From: Desulfobacteraceae bacterium
GTDB lineage: Bacteria > Desulfobacterota > Syntrophobacteria > BM002
DNA: 38,655 bases
NCBI GenBank assembly: GCA_002899795.1
Contig: PPDG01000259.1
Coordinates: forward strand, 1-38,655
Direction: 5' to 3'
The position numbers and the translations under genes were made by a program. Shown one piece after another: positions 37,123 through 38,655 of the stretch. The notes under the pieces are model-generated. The model was given only the letters and a program-made list of their open reading frames with translations, made no database searches and was not told the origin of the DNA. The stretch's first letter is position 1. Every line of letters begins with the position of its first letter.

Positions 37123-38655
37123 ATGCAAAACGGCTCCCCAACAAAACCCTCTCAAAAAGTCAGTAGCATCAGCCGTCGTTTCAGTTACGCCTTGATTGGC
37201 GTAGTGACCTTAATGTTAGTGGGCTTTGCTGCGTTCGCCATATTTTTCAATATTTCCAAGATGGAAGGTGAATTAGAAGAAAGATTGAACAACTCTTTGG
37301 AACTTGCTCAGATAAGTTTACCAAAACCACTCTGGAATGTTGACAAAGATATTGTCAGAGATTTTATCAAATCCCTATTTTTAGATAAATTAATTGTTTA
37401 TGCCAAAGTTTTGTGGGGGAATCTCGTCATTACAGAAAGGAAACATGAAAAATTTGAACAAAAAGATTTCTCATATTTTGAATCCTCTTCAACATTCATC
37501 GCCAAAACCTCTGATATTGTTTACGCGGGACAGAAAGTCGGGACGATACAACTCGTCATGTCGCGCGAGATCATCAAGAAAGAGCTCATTGTAAATATTA
37601 GTGTAATTGTTAACTTAACGCTTGTCATAATTGCTGCTATTTCAGTGACATCTGTTTTCATTACAAGACGCTATATTTCTCGCCCCTTATTAGAACTGCA
37701 AAACTCGGCAACGGCTATTGCTCAAGGAGACTTGGAAGCTTTGATTGATACCAGTAGTAGTGATGAGATAGGAAGCCTCGCCAAGGATCTCGATGTCATG
37801 CGGGATTCGATCAAGCAGTTATTTGGAGAGCTTAGCGATAGCAAGGATAAGCTGGAGGAGTACAGCCGGACCCTGGAGCAGAAAGTCGAAGTGCGCACCC
37901 AAGAGCTGGCTCGCTCGGTGGAGGAACTGAAAGCCCTGGGGGAAGTCAGCCAGGCGGTCAGCTCCACACTAGACCTGCAGAAAGTTCTCGCCACGATAGT
38001 TGCCCACGCTGCCGATCTTTCGGGCGCGGAGTCTGGGGCGATCTATGAGTTCAATGAGCCAAGCGAGGAGTTCCAGCTCCGGGCAACACACCGGATGAGT
38101 GAGGAACTGATCCAGGCGATTCGAGAGGGTGGGGTCAAACTGGGTGAGACTGCCCTGGGGTGGGCAGGGGTAAACCGTGAAGCGGTGCAAATTCCGGACA
38201 TCCTGGAAGAGCCAACCTACCCGACCAGCGAGATCATGAAGCAGGAAGGATTCCGAGCCTTGCTCGCCGTTCCGCTGTTTCGCGAAGACAGGCTCATCGG
38301 TGGGCTGGTGGTTAGGCGCAGAGCACCTGGCCAGTTCCAAAAAGAAACGGTTGACCTCCTCCAGACCTTCGCCACCCAGTCGGCCCTGGCAATCCAGAAC
38401 GCACGGCTTTTCCGTGAGATCGAGGCAAAGGGACGAGAGCTTGAGATCGCCAGCAAACACAAATCCGACTTCCTCGCCAACATGAGCCACGAACTCAGAA
38501 CCCCCCTCAACGCCATCCTGGGCTATACGGAACTGATCCTTGATAAGATCTACGGTGATGTCCCAGAGAATATTCAAGAAGTTCTGGAGCGCGTGGAGAA
38601 AAATGGTCGCCATCTCCTCGGCCTCATCAATGACGTCCTCGACCTTTCCAAAATA
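37123..38655 (+). CDS. sensor histidine kinase (TM-sensor-TM-HAMP-coiled coil-GAF-HisKA), 3' partial
   Basis: This gene is absent from the supplied ORF track because it has no stop in the window. Frame 1 is open from ATG 37123, with an in-frame TAG 12 nt upstream. I translated it by hand: two TM segments, HAMP (RPLLELQNSATAIAQGDLEALIDTSSSDEIGSLAKDLDVM), GAF (...LLAVPLFREDRLIGGLVVRR...) and H-box KSDFLANMSHELRTPLNAILGY. Confidence 0.85.
   Translation, partial: MQNGSPTKPSQKVSSISRRFSYALIGVVTLMLVGFAAFAIFFNISKMEGELEERLNNSLELAQISLPKPLWNVDKDIVRDFIKSLFLDKLIVYAKVLWGNLVITERKHEKFEQKDFSYFESSSTFIAKTSDIVYAGQKVGTIQLVMSREIIKKELIVNISVIVNLTLVIIAAISVTSVFITRRYISRPLLELQNSATAIAQGDLEALIDTSSSDEIGSLAKDLDVMRDSIKQLFGELSDSKDKLEEYSRTLEQKVEVRTQELARSVEELKALGEVSQAVSSTLDLQKVLATIVAHAADLSGAESGAIYEFNEPSEEFQLRATHRMSEELIQAIREGGVKLGETALGWAGVNREAVQIPDILEEPTYPTSEIMKQEGFRALLAVPLFREDRLIGGLVVRRRAPGQFQKETVDLLQTFATQSALAIQNARLFREIEAKGRELEIASKHKSDFLANMSHELRTPLNAILGYTELILDKIYGDVPENIQEVLERVEKNGRHLLGLINDVLDLSKI

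Noticed and set aside
37969-38613. 214-aa - strand ORF (and the 90-aa ORF at 37722-37994)
   Set aside because: They are antisense to the + strand frame that encodes an uninterrupted HAMP-GAF-HisKA histidine kinase with a perfect H-box (SHELRTPLN). They are shadow ORFs.
1-38655. In-frame TGA (selenocysteine) read-through, programmed frameshifts or split genes
   Set aside because: No pair of adjacent same-strand ORFs continues a recognisable domain across a stop or frame change. All family-assigned genes appear full length, apart from the kinase truncated by the window edge.

Overview
38.7-kb chromosomal window with about 36 protein-coding genes. I found no rRNA, tRNA or CRISPR array. The gene content looks like a strict anaerobe of the Desulfobacterota or syntroph type, but that is inference from content only.

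Gene order, left to right:
- HDAC-fold amidohydrolase, SagB-type nitroreductase and purN.
- A small coiled-coil ORF.
- A four-gene minus-strand cassette: an MBL-fold/TPR protein plus three tiny proteins.
- A six-gene minus-strand operon: two 471-aa family III CoA-transferase paralogues plus four Cys/Trp-rich small proteins.
- A 4HBT thioesterase and a REP-associated tyrosine transposase (RAYT).
- Three sulfur-insertion genes: DUF39/COG1900, a LarE-like protein and a ThiI-like PP-loop protein.
- nth, a MOSC protein, and a zinc-ribbon ORF followed by a B12-binding radical SAM enzyme of the RiPP C-methyltransferase type.
- livHMGF, two PaaK-like ligases and a LivK-like lipoprotein.
- A DUF362 Fe-S protein, then lpd-lipB-gcvH.
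- A family-3 solute-binding protein and a HAMP-GAF histidine kinase that runs off the 3' end and is absent from the supplied ORF track.

The most striking property is non-coding. Almost every intergenic spacer is filled with palindromic or stuttering repeats of at least eight unrelated families. Several families show compensatory, stem-preserving substitutions between copies.

Best candidates for something new:
1. The CoA-transferase plus four small-subunit operon (7637-12007).
2. Two ~193-nt covarying long-hairpin elements in direct orientation that bracket the MBL/TPR cassette (4674-7029).
3. A ~184-nt rod-shaped 6S-like RNA candidate (18997-19180).
4. An orphan RiPP-type radical SAM locus (20198-22509).
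5. A PaaK paralogue that has lost its adenylation motifs (27048-28337).

All family assignments come from motifs read by eye. No database search was possible.
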